Shown: positions 36,790-49,367 of the stretch, in pieces
Layout: every line of letters begins with the position of its first letter
Numbering within the stretch: position 1 is the stretch's first letter
NCBI GenBank assembly: GCA_038087875.1
Contig: JAXLNO010000575.1
Span: 124,001 to 188,000 of the forward strand
Source of the DNA: Malacoraja senta
Taxonomy: Eukaryota
Reading direction: 5' to 3'
Length of the DNA stretch: 64,000 nucleotides
Notes under the pieces: generated by a model
Databases searched by the model: none
What the model was told of the DNA's origin: nothing
What the model saw: the letters and a program-made list of their open reading frames with translations, nothing else
Made by a program: the position numbers and the translations under genes

Positions 36790-38008
36790 CGATGGTGGGG
36801 GAGTGTGGTCTGTGTGATGGACTGGGCTACATCTACAATGGTGGGGAGTGTGGTCTGTGTGATGGACTGGGCCACATCTACAATGGTGGGGAGTGTGGTC
36901 TGTGTGACGGACTGGGCCACATCTACAATGGTGGGGAGTGTGTTGTGTGTGATGGACTGGGCTACATCTACAATGGTGGGGAGTGTGGTCTGTGTGATGG
37001 ACTGGGCTACATCTACAATGGTGGGGAGTGTGGTCTGTGTGATGGACTGGGCCACATCTACAATGGTGGGGAGTGTGGTCTGTGTGACGGACTGGGCCAC
37101 ATCTACAATGGTGGGGAGTGTGGTCTGTGTGATGGACTGGGCCACATCTACAATGGTGGGGAGTGTGGTCTGTGTGATGGACTGGGCCACATCTACAATG
37201 GTGGGGAGTGTGGTCTGTGTGATGGACTGGGCCACATCTACAATGGTGGGGAGTGTGGTCTGTGTGATGGACTGGGCTACATCTACAATGGTGGGGAGTG
37301 TGGTCTGTGTGACGGACTGGGCTACATCTACAATGGTGGAGAGTGTGGTCTGTGTGATGGACTGGGCCACATCTACAATGGTGGGGAGTGTGGTCTGTGT
37401 GATGGACTGGGCTACATCTACAATGGTGGGGAGTGTGGTCTGTGTGATGGACTGGGCCACATCTACAATGGTGGGGAGTGTGGTCTGTGTGACGGACTGG
37501 GCCACATCTACAATGGTGGGGAGTGTGGTCTGTGTGATGGACTGGGCTACATCTACAATGGTGGGGAGTGTGGTCTGTGTGATGGACTGGGCCACATCTA
37601 CAATGGTGGGGAGTGTGGTCTGTGTGACGGACTGGGCCACATCTACAATGGTGGGGAGTGTGGTCTGTGTGATGGACTGGGCCACATCTACAATGGTGGG
37701 GAGTGTGGTCTGTGTGACGGACTGGGCCACATCTACAATGGTGGGGAGTGTGGTCTGTGTGATGGACTGGGCTACATCTACAATGGTGGGGAGTGTGGTC
37801 TGTGTGATGGACTGGGCCACATCTACAATGGTGGGGAGTGTGGTCTGTGTGACGGACTGGGCCACATCTACAATGGTGGGGAGTGTGGTCTGTGTGATGG
37901 ACTGGGCTACATCTACAATGGTGGGGAGTGTGGTCTGTGTGATGGACTGGGCTACATCTACAATGGTGGGGAGTGTGGTCTGTGTGACGGACTGGGCCAC
38001 ATCTACAA
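36790..38008. repeat. 45-bp minisatellite, ~27 copies, expanded inside a Rex1 3' fragment (-)
   Basis: Unit GTGGGGAGTGTGGTCTGTGTGATGGACTGGGC(C/T)ACATCTACAATG. The flanks continue as Rex1 (KKLQRVVDVAQS...). Confidence 0.95.
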
Positions 38009-38579
38009 CTCTCTGCAATTTCTTGCATCCCAATAAGAAAGTGCATCTGCAGACATTAGTAAAATCATTAGAGACATGCCTAGTCTTCTAAGGAAGTAGA
38101 GGCATTGGTGTGCAATACTATAGACTTTAGAGGTACATCACGGAAACAGGCCCTTCAGCCCGCCGAGTCCGAGCCGACCATTGATCACCCCGTACACTAA
38201 CACTATCACACACACACCAAGCCAATTAACCTACAAACCCGCACGTGTTTGGAGTGTGGGAGGAAACCGAAGATCTTGGAGAAAACCCACGCAGGTCACG
38301 GGGAGAACATCCCTCACAGCGGCCCCCTCACGTCGAGTCCTAATTGTTATTCACACCGATCCCCACACGCCCGGCTCCCATTGCCTTCCCCTCCTTTCTA
38401 AAGGAACATCTTTTAATTCTGAGGCTGTGCCCTCTAGTCCTCGACTCTCCAACTAGTAGAAACATCCTCTCCACATCCACTCTATCCGGGCTTTTCACTG
38501 TTCGGTGAGTTATGTTGAAGACCAACTGAACGAGCAGGAGAATCGAGGCCGGGTGGAAACCAAAGGTCTTTTATTTCAC

Positions 38580-39085
38580 AGCATAATCAAGGACCAGTCT
38601 CACCCCGGTCACTCCCTCTTCTCCCCTGTCCCATTGGGCAAGAGGTACAAAAGTGTGAAAACGCACACCTCCGGATTCAGGGACCAGTTTCTTTCCAGCT
38701 GTTATCAGGCAACTGAACCGTCCTCTCACCAACTAGAGAGCAGTCCTGACCTTCATCTACCTCATTGGAGACCCTCAGGCTATCTTTAATTGGACTTTAC
38801 TGGACTAAACATTAGTCTCTTAATTGTAATCATGTGTAGTCTTTCCACTGACTGGATAGCACGCAACAAAAACGTTTTTCACAGTACCTCAGTGCACGTT
38901 ACAATAAACTAACTAACTAACTAACTAACATCTGAAGAAGGGTCCCGACCCGAAACATCGTCTGTCCATTCCAACCACAGATGTTGATACAAGGAATTAA
39001 GGTGCTTGTGGAAAAAGTAGACACAAAGTTCTGGAGTAACTCAGCGGGTCAGGCAGCATCTGAGGGGAACATGGATAGGTGACGT
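38580..39085 (-). repeat. Inverted copy of ~9030-9530
   Basis: Same junctions, (CTAA)n tail and unique spacer CCAACCACAGATGTTGATACAAGG. Confidence 0.9.
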
Positions 39086-41870
39086 TTCACAGAGTGCTGG
39101 AGTAACTCAGCGGGTCAGGCAGCATCTGTGGAGAACATGGATAGGTGACGTTTCACAGAGTGCTGGATAACTCAGCGGGTCAGGCAGCATCTGTGGAGAA
39201 CATGGATAGGTGACGTTTCACAGAGTGCTGGAGTAACTCAGCGGGTCAGGCAGCATCTGTGGAGAATTTTAATCTGCAATTTGAGAAGGAGAACGTTAAA
39301 TCGGAAGTGGCAGTGATGCAATTGACAAAGGGGACGATGAAGGCATGAGAGGGGAGCTGGCCAAGGTAGACTGGAAAGGGATCCTAGCAGGAATGACGGT
39401 GGAACAGCAATGGCAGGAATTTCTGGGCATAATCCGGAAGACGCAGGATCATTTCATTCCAAAACGGAAGAAAGATTCTAAGGGGAGTCTAGGCAACCGT
39501 GGCTGACAAGAGAAGTTAGGGATAGAATAAAACTAAAAGAAAAGATGTATAACACAGCAAAGAGTAGCCGGAAGCCAGAGGATTGGGAAACTTTCATAGG
39601 ACAACAGAAGGAAACAAAACGGGCAATACGGGCTGAAAAGGTGAAGTATGAAGGGAAGCTGGCCAGGAATATAAAGAAGGACAGTAAAGGCTTAAGGGAA
39701 AAAGAGTAGCAAAGTCAAACGTGGGTCCCTTGAAGGCAGACACGGGTGAAATTATTATGGGCAACGAGGAAATGGCAGAAGAGTTGAATATGTACTTCGG
39801 ATCTGTCTTCACTAAGAAGACACAAACAATCTCCCAGATGTACTGGAGGACAGAGGGTCTAAGGGGATAGAGGAACTGAAAGAAATTTTCATTAGGCGAG
39901 AAATAGTATTGGGTAGGCTAATGGGACTGTAGGAAGATAAATCCCCTGGGCCTGATGGTCTGCATCCCAGGGTCCTCAGGGAGGTGGCTCTAGAAATAGT
40001 GGATGCATTGGTGATTATTTTCCAATGTACAATAGATTCAGGATCAGTCCCTGTGGATTGGAGGATAGCTAATGTTATACCACTTTTCAAGAAAGGAGCG
40101 AGAGAGAAAACGGGGAATTACAGACCAGTTAGCCTGACTTCGGTGGTGGGAAAGATGCTGGAGTCAATTATTAAAGAGGTAATAATGGGGCATTTGGATA
40201 GCAGTAAAAGGATTAGTCCAAGTCAACATGGATTTATGAAAGGGAAATCATGCTTGACTAATCTTCTGGAATTTTTTGACAATGTGACAAGTAAAATGGA
40301 TGAAGGGGTGCCAGTGGATGTAGTGTATCTAGACTTTCAGAAAGCCTTTGATAAGGTACCGCACGGGAGACTGGTGACTAAAATTAGAGCACATGGTATT
40401 GGGGGTAGGGTGTTGACATGGATAGAAAATTGGTTGGCAGACCGGAAGCAAAGAGTAGGAGTGAACGGGTCCTTTTCAGAATGGCAGGCAGTGGCGAGTG
40501 GAGTGCCGCAAGGCTCGGTGTTGGGGCCGCAACGGTTTACCATATATATTAATGATTTGGAAGAGGGAATTAGGAGCAACACTAGCAAGTTTGCGGATGA
40601 CACAAAGCTGGGTGGCAGTGTGAACTGTGAAGAGAATGTTAGGAGGTTGACGGGTGAACTGGACAGGTTGAGTGAGTGGGCAGATGCGTGGCAGATGCAG
40701 TATAATATAGATAAATGTGAGGTTATCCACTTTGGTGGCAAAAACAAGGGGGCAGATTATTATCTCAATGGGGTTAGGTTGGGTAAGGGGGAGATACAGC
40801 GAGACCTGGGTGTCCTTGTACACCGGTCACTGAAAGTTGGCTTACGGTACAGCAGGCAGTGAAGAAAGCTAATGGAATGTTGGCCTTCATAACAAGAGGA
40901 TTTCAGTATAGGAGTAGAGAGATTCTTCTGCAGTTGTATAGGGCTCTGGTGAGACCACATCTGGAGTATTGTGTACAGTTTTGGTCTCCTAATTTGAGGA
41001 CGGACATCCTTGTGATTGAGGCAGTGCAGCGAAGGTTCACGAGATTGATCCCTGGGATGGCGGGACTGTCATTTGAGGAAAGATTGAAAAGACTAGGCTT
41101 GTATTCACTGGAGTTTAGAAGGATGAGGGGATATCTTGTAGAAACATATAAAATTATAAAAGGACTGGACAAGCTAGATGCAGGAAAAATGTTCCCAATG
41201 TTGGGCGAGTCCAGAACCAGGGGCCACAGTCTTAGAATAAAGGGGAGGTCATTTAAGACTGAGGTGAGAAAAAACTTTTTCTCCCAGAGAGTTGTGAATT
41301 TATGGAATTCCCTGCCACAGAGGGCAGTGGAGGCCAAATCACTGGATGGATTTAAGAGAGAGTTAGTTAGAGCTCTAGGGGCTAGTGGAGTCAAGGGATA
41401 TGGGGAGAAGGCAGGCACGGGTTATTGATAGGGGACGATCAGCCAGGATCACAATGAATGGCCTCCTCCTGCACCTATTATCTATGTTTCTATGAGAGCA
41501 TGGATAGGTGACGTTTCACAGAGTGCTGGATTAACTCAGCGGGTCAGGCAGCATCTAAGGACAACTTGGATAGGTGACGTTTCACAGAGTGCTGGAGTAA
41601 CTCAGCGGGACAGGCAGCATCTGTGGAGCACATGGATAGGTGACGTTTCACAGAGTGCTGGAATAACTCAGCGGGTCAGGCAGCATCTGTGGAGAACATG
41701 GATATATGACATTTCACAGAGTGCTGGAGTAACTCAGCGGGACAGGCAGCATCTGTGGAGAACATGGATAGGTGACATTTCACAGAGCGCTGGAGTAACT
41801 CAGCGAGTCAGGCAGCATCTGTGGAGAACATGGATAGGTGACGTTTCACAGAGTGCTGAAGTAACTCAGT
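39030..41870 (+). repeat. 66-bp tandem array from a Penelope-type terminal sequence, split by a CR1 insertion
   Basis: Unit TTTCACAGAGTGCTGGAGTAACTCAGCGGGTCAGGCAGCATCTGTGGAGAACATGGATAGGTGACG at 39030-39266 and 41494-41870; also at 49975-50118 and 62983-63182. Confidence 0.85.
39267..41493 (+). mobile_element. CR1 LINE, 5'-truncated, ~2.2 kb
   Basis: RT motifs [33 protein letters not shown] and FADDTKL; C-terminus and (TTCTATG) tail; few disablements. Confidence 0.92.
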
Positions 41871-42831
41871 CCAATAGGTAGAGCAAAGGGGAAGATACAG
41901 AGTGCAGAATATAGTTCTCAGCATTGTAGCGCATCAGTTCCACAGACAAAGTCCAATGTCTGCAATGGGATAGAGGTGAATCGGACAGTACCCTAGCTTA
42001 TGGAAGGACCATTCAGAAGCCTGATAACAGAGGGGAAGAAGCTGTTCCTGAATCTGGTGGGGCACGCTTTCAAGCTTCTGTACCTTCTGCCAGAAGGGAG
42101 CGGGGAGAAGAAGGAATGACCGGGGTGGGACAGGGACACGTATTTGATGATGTTGGCTGCTTTCCCGAGGCAGCGTGAAGTGTTGAGTCAACATCTCTTT
42201 AGGTTTCGGGTTATTATGAGTCCAGTGTCTGCAATGGGGTGGCGGTGAATCGGACTGTACCCTCGTTCACCCATAGTGGACATTGGACTTTGTCTTTTTC
42301 TATGGTTGGACAGCATGTGTGTCTTCATCATCTCCAGCGCTCGATTGATACAGTGGTTCTTGGACACTTTCATTTACAGCCATATTCCCAGGACCCAAGA
42401 AACTGAACTGTTTCCGAGAGAGGTTAAGCAGGCTAGGAATTTATTCCTTGGAGCACTGGAGGATGAGGGGCAACCTGTAAATACCTTAGTCTCACACAGG
42501 TTGAAGCACAGGAGGATGAGGGGTGATCTAATAGAATTGTGTATGATGAGGGGGATAGAGAGAGGTGAATGAGAGAATCTTTCGCCCAGAGTAGGGGAAT
42601 CAAAAACCAGAGGACATAAGTTTAAGGTGTGGGAAAGATTTAATAGGAACCCGAGGGGCACCCTTTTTACACAAAGGGTGGTGGGTGTATGGAACGAGCT
42701 GCTGGAAAAGGTAGATGAGGGGGACTATCACAACGTTTAAGAGATATTTAGACAGGTACATAGATAAGACAGGTTTGGAGGGATCTGGGCCAAACACGGA
42801 CCTTGTATAGATTGGGCATGTAAATGTGAGT

Positions 42832-43872
42832 CTAAATGGTTGTGGATGTCTGCCCAGAGACTGAAGATGAGCGTGATTGCTTAAATGGGTTTTCTTCGCT
42901 TCTCTTTATGAGGCCTTTATGAGCCATGAGTTTGACCAGGTTCCTACTAAACTTCACCCCGATGAAGGCGTAGAGGATTGGGTTGATGCAGCTGTGAAGA
43001 AAGGCCAAGCACTGTGTGGCCAGCACGGCCCTGTCCAAGTGGTCACGCTCGATGCAGGAGACTTCGATGTGTTCGACTCTCACCAGCAAGTCCACAACCA
43101 TGGTTAGATGGTAGGGCAGCCAGCACACCAGGAAGGCCAGCACCACCGCGATGATGACCTTCATGGCTTTCTGCTTCTGGAAGCCCTTGGTCTGGCACAG
43201 TTTCCACACGGTGATGGTGTAGCAGAAGACCATGGTGGCCAGCGGCATGAGGAAGCCGATGACCGGGCGACTAACTATGATTCTCAGTTTCCGCCGTTCA
43301 TCAAAATCGCTATTGTATACCTCATAACAGGCGGACCGATCAAAGTCATAGTCGTAAAACACTTCTTTGTACAAGAAGGGCAAGGACAGGAGCAGGGCCA
43401 TGAGCCAGAAGGCGGCACACACCAGTTTGACCATCCACGGCCTCTTGTCGCCGTGCGACTGGGCAGAGCGGACAATGGCCAGGTAGCGATCCACGCTGAT
43501 GCAGGCCAGCAGCAGGATGCCACTGTAAAAGTTCACCTGCTGCAACGTACTGATCACCTTACACATGGCGTCACCAAACACCCAGCCAGACACGGCGTCC
43601 ACTGCCCAGAAGGGCAGGGTGAGGGCAAAGAGCAGGTCGGCCGTGGCCAGATGGAGCAGGTAGACGTCCGTGGACGATATGGAACGGTGGTTGTGAAGGA
43701 TGACCACCATCACCAACAGGTTCCCCGTCACGGCCAAGAGACACACCAGGCTACACACCACCGCCGTGATGGTCTTCATGGCCACAAACCCTCCTCTTTC
43801 GCATAAAAATATGTCCGGATTGACAATGAAGGGAAAGTCTTCTGTTCCATTTGTGGACCACGGGAAAGACAT
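42832..43872 (-). CDS. CXCR1/2-like: CXCR1/CXCR2-like chemokine receptor (copy A, intact, 346 aa)
   Basis: 7TM with GNLLV, TDVYLLHLATADLLFALTLPFWA, NFYSGILLLACISVDRYLAIV, QKQKAMKVI, CWLPY and HSCINPILYAFIG. Splice acceptor TTCCAG|AAAATG just upstream. CXCR1 versus CXCR2 orthology is not resolvable by eye. Confidence 0.93.
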   Translation of the reverse strand: MSFPWSTNGTEDFPFIVNPDIFLCERGGFVAMKTITAVVCSLVCLLAVTGNLLVMVVILHNHRSISSTDVYLLHLATADLLFALTLPFWAVDAVSGWVFGDAMCKVISTLQQVNFYSGILLLACISVDRYLAIVRSAQSHGDKRPWMVKLVCAAFWLMALLLSLPFLYKEVFYDYDFDRSACYEVYNSDFDERRKLRIIVSRPVIGFLMPLATMVFCYTITVWKLCQTKGFQKQKAMKVIIAVVLAFLVCWLPYHLTMVVDLLVRVEHIEVSCIERDHLDRAVLATQCLAFLHSCINPILYAFIGVKFSRNLVKLMAHKGLIKRSEENPFKQSRSSSVSGQTSTTI

Positions 43873-43917
43873 TTTCTGGAACGAAAAATAGATTTGCAAA
43901 TGAGATATTTAAGAAAG

Positions 43918-44998
43918 TTTAACAAACCACTGACTCCCATGGCTATCTGGACCACAGTTCTTCCCACCCTGCTTCCCTTAAGGACTATCCCCCTACTCCC
44001 AATTCCTCTGTCTATGCCGCATCTGCATCCAGGATGAGATGTTCTACACTGGGGCATCGGAGATGTCCTCATTCTTTCGGGAACGGGGGTTCCCCTCTTC
44101 AACTATCGATGAGGCTCTCACGAGGATCTCCTCTATATCCCGTAGCTCTGCTATCACTCCCCATCCCCCCACTCGTAACAAGAGCAGAGTCCCCCTTGTC
44201 CTCGCCTTCTACCCTACCAGCCGTCCCATACAACAGATAATCCTCCGACATTTTCGCCATCTCCAACGGGATCCCAACCACTGGCCACATCTTCCCATCT
44301 CCTCCCCTTTCGCCTTTCCGCAGTGACCGCTCCCTCCGTAACTCCCTGGTCAATTCGTCCCTTCCCACCCAAACCACCCCCTCCCCTGGTACGTTCCCTT
44401 GCAACCGCAGGAAATGCTACACTTGTCGCTTTACCGCCCCCCTTGACTCCATCCAAGGACATAAGCAGTCTTTCCAGGTGAGGCAGAGGTTCACCTGCAC
44501 CTCCTCCAACCTCATCTATTGCATCCGCTGCTCTAGGTGTCAGCTGCTCTACATCGGTGAGACCAAGCGCAGGCTTGGCGATGGCTTCGCCCAACACCTA
44601 CTCTCAGTTCGCAATAACCAACCTGATCTCCCGGTGGCTCAGCACTTCAACTCCCCCTCCCATTCTGAATCCGACCTTTATGTCCTGGGCCTCCTCCATA
44701 GCCAGAGTGAGTCCCACAGCAACTTGGAGGAGCAGCACCTCATATTTCGCTTGGGTAATTTGCACCCCAGCGGTATGAACATTGACTTCTCCAATTTCAG
44801 TTAGTCCTTGCTTTCTCCCTCCTTCCCCACCCCTTCCCAGCTCTCCCACAGCCCACTGTCTCCTCCTCTTCCTTTCTTCTTCCTGTCCCCCCCCCACCCC
44901 CACATCGGTCTGAAGAAGGGTCTCGACCCAAAACGTTGCCTATTTCCTTCGCTCCATAGATGCTGCCTCACCCGCTGAGTTTCTCCAGCATTTTTGTC
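43918..44998 (+). mobile_element. Penelope-like retroelement 3' part (RT C-terminus, GIY-YIG endonuclease, terminal repeat)
   Basis: KPxTDSHGYL, FFRERGFP, and FTCTSSNLIYCIRCSRCQLLYIGETKRRLGD...VAQHFN. Confidence 0.9.
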
Positions 44999-45436
44999 AT
45001 GAGATGTTGAGATTGTTTTAGAGATACAGATTGACACAGAGGGTGGTGGGTGTATGGAACAAGCTGCCAGAGGAGGTAGTTGAGGGAGGGACTATCCCAA
45101 CGTTTAAGAAACAGTTAGACAGGTACATGGATAATAGACACAAAACTGGAGTAACTCAGCGGGACAGGCAGCATCTCTGGAGAGAAGGAATGGGTGACAT
45201 TTCAGTCGAGACCCTTCTTCAGACTGATCACAAAGGTCCCGAAACGAAACGTCACCCATTCCTTCGCTCCAGGGATGCTGCCTGTCCCGCTGAGTTACTC
45301 CAGCTTTTTGTGTCTATCTTCGGTTTAAACCAGCATCTGCAGTTCCTTCCTACATGTGGATAATAGGACAGGTTTGGAGGGTTGTGGACAGTGTAGATGG
45401 GACATGTTGGCCGGTGTGGGCAAGGTGGGCCGAAGG

Positions 45437-45917
45437 TAGGGTTGCCAACTGTCCCGTATTAGCCGGGACATCCCGTATATTGAGGCTAAATTGGTTTGTC
45501 CCGTACAGGACCGCCCTTGTCCCGTATTTGACTGCTACTACTCGGGTCGAGGGGACTGTCGGGTCGGAGCGCCGCGTCCGGCCCCGCCTCACCCCGTCCC
45601 GACGTAGTGCAGCCCATGGAGTGCAGCAGCAGCAGCGCCTCGCCCGGCCAGCTGTCCGACCTTCGGACCTTCGCTTAACGCTGACACCACCACTACCTTC
45701 TCACGGCCGATCGTCGGTTCATGAGTTGGACGGGGTTTGGCCCAGGCCAAAATTCCTCAGCTGGCCTGCTGGCTGGGCTTTGTGTACAGTCCAGCACCCG
45801 GGCCAACTCATCATTCACCCAGCCATGGCCGAGTCGGTCAACGAAATGCCGTCGGGAATTTGTCCCGTATTTTGACCTTTTGTCCCTTATTTGGGAGTGA
45901 GAAAGTTGGCCACCCAA
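45437..45917. mobile_element. hAT-type MITE
   Basis: TIRs TAGGGTTGCCAAC and GTTGGCCACCCAA, subterminal TGTCCCGTA repeats, and an imperfect 8-bp TSD GCCGAAGG / ACCGAAAG. Confidence 0.8.
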
Positions 45918-46035
45918 ACCGAAAGGCCTGCTTCACGATGTATCACTCTGTGACTCTGTGACTCTATGATACAGTGTTGGAGACATGACAAATATTCTTA
46001 GGCTACTAAGGAAGTAGAGGCATTGGTGTGCTATA

Positions 46036-46383
46036 CTTTAGACTTTAGAGATACAGCATGGGTACAGGCCCTTCGGCCCACCGAATCCGCACCGACCGGC
46101 GATCCCCGCACATTAACACTACCTTGCACACACTAGGGACAATTTACATTTACACCAAGCCAATTAATGTACAATTAATCTATCTTTGGTGTAAACCAGC
46201 ATTAATGTACAAACCTGTACGTCTTTGGAGTGTGGGAGGAGACCGAAGATCTCAGAGAAAACCCACGCAGGTCACGGGGAGAACGTACAAACTCTGTACA
46301 GACAGCAACCGTGGTGAGGATCTAACCCGGGGTCTTGGCGCTGTAAAGCAGTAGCTCTACCTGCTGCGCCACCGTGCTGCCCA
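46036..46383 (-). mobile_element. tRNA-derived SINE (HE1/V-SINE type)
   Basis: GGCAGCACGGTGGCGCAGC.GGTAGAGC head, GAGTTTGTACGTTCTCCCCGTGACCTGCGTGGGTTT core and (CTAAAGT) tail. Confidence 0.85.
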
Positions 46384-46389
46384 CGAGCC

Positions 46390-46437
46390 GGGCAGTGGAC
46401 GCTGTGTCTGGCTGGGTGTTTGGTGATGCCATGTGTA
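46390..46437 (+). pseudogene. 48-bp relic of a CXCR1/2-like coding exon
   Basis: GGGCAGTGGACGCTGTGTCTGGCTGGGTGTTTGGTGATGCCATGTGTA translates as AVDAVSGWVFGDAMC, with 2 mismatches to 60621-60668. Confidence 0.85.
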
Positions 46438-47090
46438 GGAAGGAACTGCAGATGCTGGTTTACACCAAAGATAGACACAAAATGCTGGAGTAATGGACAG
46501 GACAGGTTTGGAGAGATATGGACCAAACGCAGGCAGGTGGGGCTAGTGTAGCTGGGCAATGTTGGCTGGTGTGGGCAAGTTGGGCCGAAGGGCCTGTTTC
46601 CATGCTGTATCACTCTGTGACTCTGTGACTCAGCATCACTCCCCCACCCTAGTTCTCCCACTAGTTCCTCCTGATTAAATATTACTGATTGTAAGCCTCG
46701 TTGTCAACTTCCCCTTCTACATCTCCTTGACCACAGTCCCCTTTGATCTGTATTTTCACACCTTACCCTTCCATATCTCTATCCCTCTCCCCTGACTCCC
46801 AGTCTGAAGAAGGGTCTCAACCTGAACCATCACCCATTCCTTCTCTCCAGGGATGTTGCCTGTCCCGCTGAGTTACTCCACCATTTTGTGTCTATCTTCA
46901 GCAAATGAAATGTGAGTTATTTGGGACTTTAAACCATTATTTCATTAATCTTTACATTTTAGAGATACAGCACGGAAACAGGCCGTTCAGCCCGTCCCGA
47001 CCGGTGATCTCCCCATAAACTAGCACTATCCTACACACTAGGTGAGTTTCTCCAGCATTTTTGTCTACCTTCAATTTTTCCAGCATCTTC

Positions 47091-48180
47091 CAGACCGGAA
47101 GCAAAGAGTAGGAGTGAACGGGTCCTTTTCAGAACGGCAGGCAGTGGCGAGTGGAGTGCCGCAAGGCTCGTTGTTGGGTCCGCAACTGTTTACCGTATAT
47201 ATTAATGATTTGGAAGAGGGAATTAGGAGCAACACTAGCAAGTTTGCGGATGACACAAAGCTGGGTGGCAGTGTGAACTGTGAAGAGGATGTTAGGAGGT
47301 TGCAGGGTGACCTGGACAGGTTGAGTGAGTGGGCAGATGCGTGGCAGATGCAGTATAATATAGATAAATGTGAGGTTATCCACTTTGGCGGCATAAACAA
47401 GGGGGCAGATTATTATCTCAATGGGGTTAGGTTAGGTGAGGGGGAGGTGCAGCGCGACCTGGGCGTCCTTGTACACCGGTCACTGAAAGTTGGCTTGCAG
47501 GTACAACAGGCAGTGAAGAAAGCTAATGGAATGTTGGCCTTCATAACAAGAGGATTTCAGTATAGGAGTAAAGAGGTTCTTCTGCAGTTGTATAAGGCTC
47601 TGGTGAGACCACATCTGGAGTATTGTGTACAGTTTTGGTCGCCTAATTTGAGGAAGGACATCCTTGTGATTGAAGCAGTGCAGCGTAGGGTCACGAGATT
47701 GATCCCTGGGATGGCAGGACTGTCATATGAGGAAGATTAAAAAGACTAGGCTTGTATTCACTGGAGTTTAGAAGGATGAGGGGGAAACTTATAGAAACAT
47801 ATAAAATTATAAAAGGACTGGACAAGCTAGATGCAGGAAAAATGTTCCCAATGTTGGGCGAGTCCAGAACCAGGGGCCACAGTCTTAGAATAAAGGGGAG
47901 GCCATTTAAGACTGAGGTGAGAAAAAACGTTTTCACCCGAAGAGTTGTGAATTTGTGGAATTCCCTGCCACAGAGGGCAGTGGAGGCCAAGTCACTGGAT
48001 GGATTTAAGAGAGAGTTAGATAGAGCTCTAGGGGCTAGTGGAGTCAAGGGATATGGGGAGAAGGCAGGCACGGGTTATTGATAGTGGACGATCAGCCATG
48101 ATCACAATGAATGGTGGTGCTGGCTCAAAGGGCCGAGTGGCCTCCTCCTGCACCTATTTTCTATGTTTCTATTTTCTATC
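47091..48180 (+). mobile_element. CR1 LINE, 5'-truncated
   Basis: Near-identical to 40440-41490. Confidence 0.92.
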
Positions 48181-48774
48181 TGCAGTTCTTTCTTAAACAG
48201 AGCCAACAAGTCTACTCCGCTATTAAATCATGGCTGATCTATTTTTCCCTCCTAACCCCATTCTCCTGCCTTTTCCCCAAAACCCCTGATACCCATACTA
48301 TCAAATAAATCTATTAAAAAATATCCATTGACTTGGCCTCCACAGCGGTCTGTGGCAATGAATTCCACAGATTCTCCACCCTCTGTATGAAATCATGAGA
48401 GGAATAGATCGGGTAGATGCACAGAGTCTGTTGCCCAGAGTAGGAGAATCGAGGACCAGAGGACATAGGTTTAAGGTGATGTGGGGATATGGATCAAACA
48501 CAGGTAGGTGGGGCTAGTGTAGCTGGACAATGTTGGCCGGTGTGGGCAAGTTGGGCTGAAGGGCCTGTTTCCATGATGTATCACTCTATGACTGTGACCC
48601 TGACTAAAGATGATCCTCCTCATCCCCTTTTAGCTTCGGCCTCTGGTTCCAGACTCCCCCACTGGTGGAACCTGTTGCTATGACTTATGAACTTGCAAGC
48701 AACGCGCATCAGATCGGTACAAACTACCCTGCAGAATTAATCTATGACCACCTCTTTTCCAATATGACGAATAC

Positions 48775-49291
48775 ACTATTGAACTTCTACACATGTACAG
48801 TAGGAAGCAGACTGACGGGTTGCATCACGGCCTGGTTCAGCAACTCAAACGCCCAGGAACGAAGGAGACTACAGTGAGTGGTGGACACTGCCCGGTCCAT
48901 CACAGTACTGACCTCCCCACCATCGAAGGTCCATCACAGTACTGACCTCCCCACCATCGAATGTCCATCACAGTACTGACCTCCCCACCATCGAAGGTCC
49001 ATCACAATACTGACCTCCCCACCATCGACGGGATCTATAGGAGTCGCTGCCTCAAAAAGGCAGCCAGCATCATCAGAGACCCGCACCACCGTGGCCACGC
49101 TCTCATCTCGCTGCCACCATCGGGAAGAAGGTGCAGGAGCCTGAAAACCATGACCTCCAGGTTCATGTTCTTCCCAGCAAACATCAGGCTGTTGAACACT
49201 GCACAACACTAACCTCAGCGACTGTGATCTTTATGGACCTTGTCTTTGGCTGCACTACGCACTTTGGTTTTACACTATAATGTTTATCTAG
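48775..49291 (+). mobile_element. Rex1/Babar 3' fragment with four copies of a 34-bp repeat
   Basis: LLNFYTCTVGSRLTGCITAWF and YRSRCLKKAASII; array at 48895-49030. Confidence 0.8.
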
Positions 49292-49367
49292 TATTACATA
49301 GAACAACACTGACTGTTAACCTGTCTGTTGATTTATTTGGAACTTGTAGAAACCAATGATACCGTTA

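Noticed and set aside
36516..38091. 417-505 aa ORFs resembling mucin or Cys/His-rich proteins, and a CRISPR-like periodicity
   Set aside because: They are products of a 45-bp minisatellite derived from Rex1. There are no unique spacers and no cas genes.
43108..43806. Long antisense ORFs over the receptors (also 53529-54428 and 60146-61120)
   Set aside because: Shadow frames caused by the high GC3 codon usage of the receptor genes.
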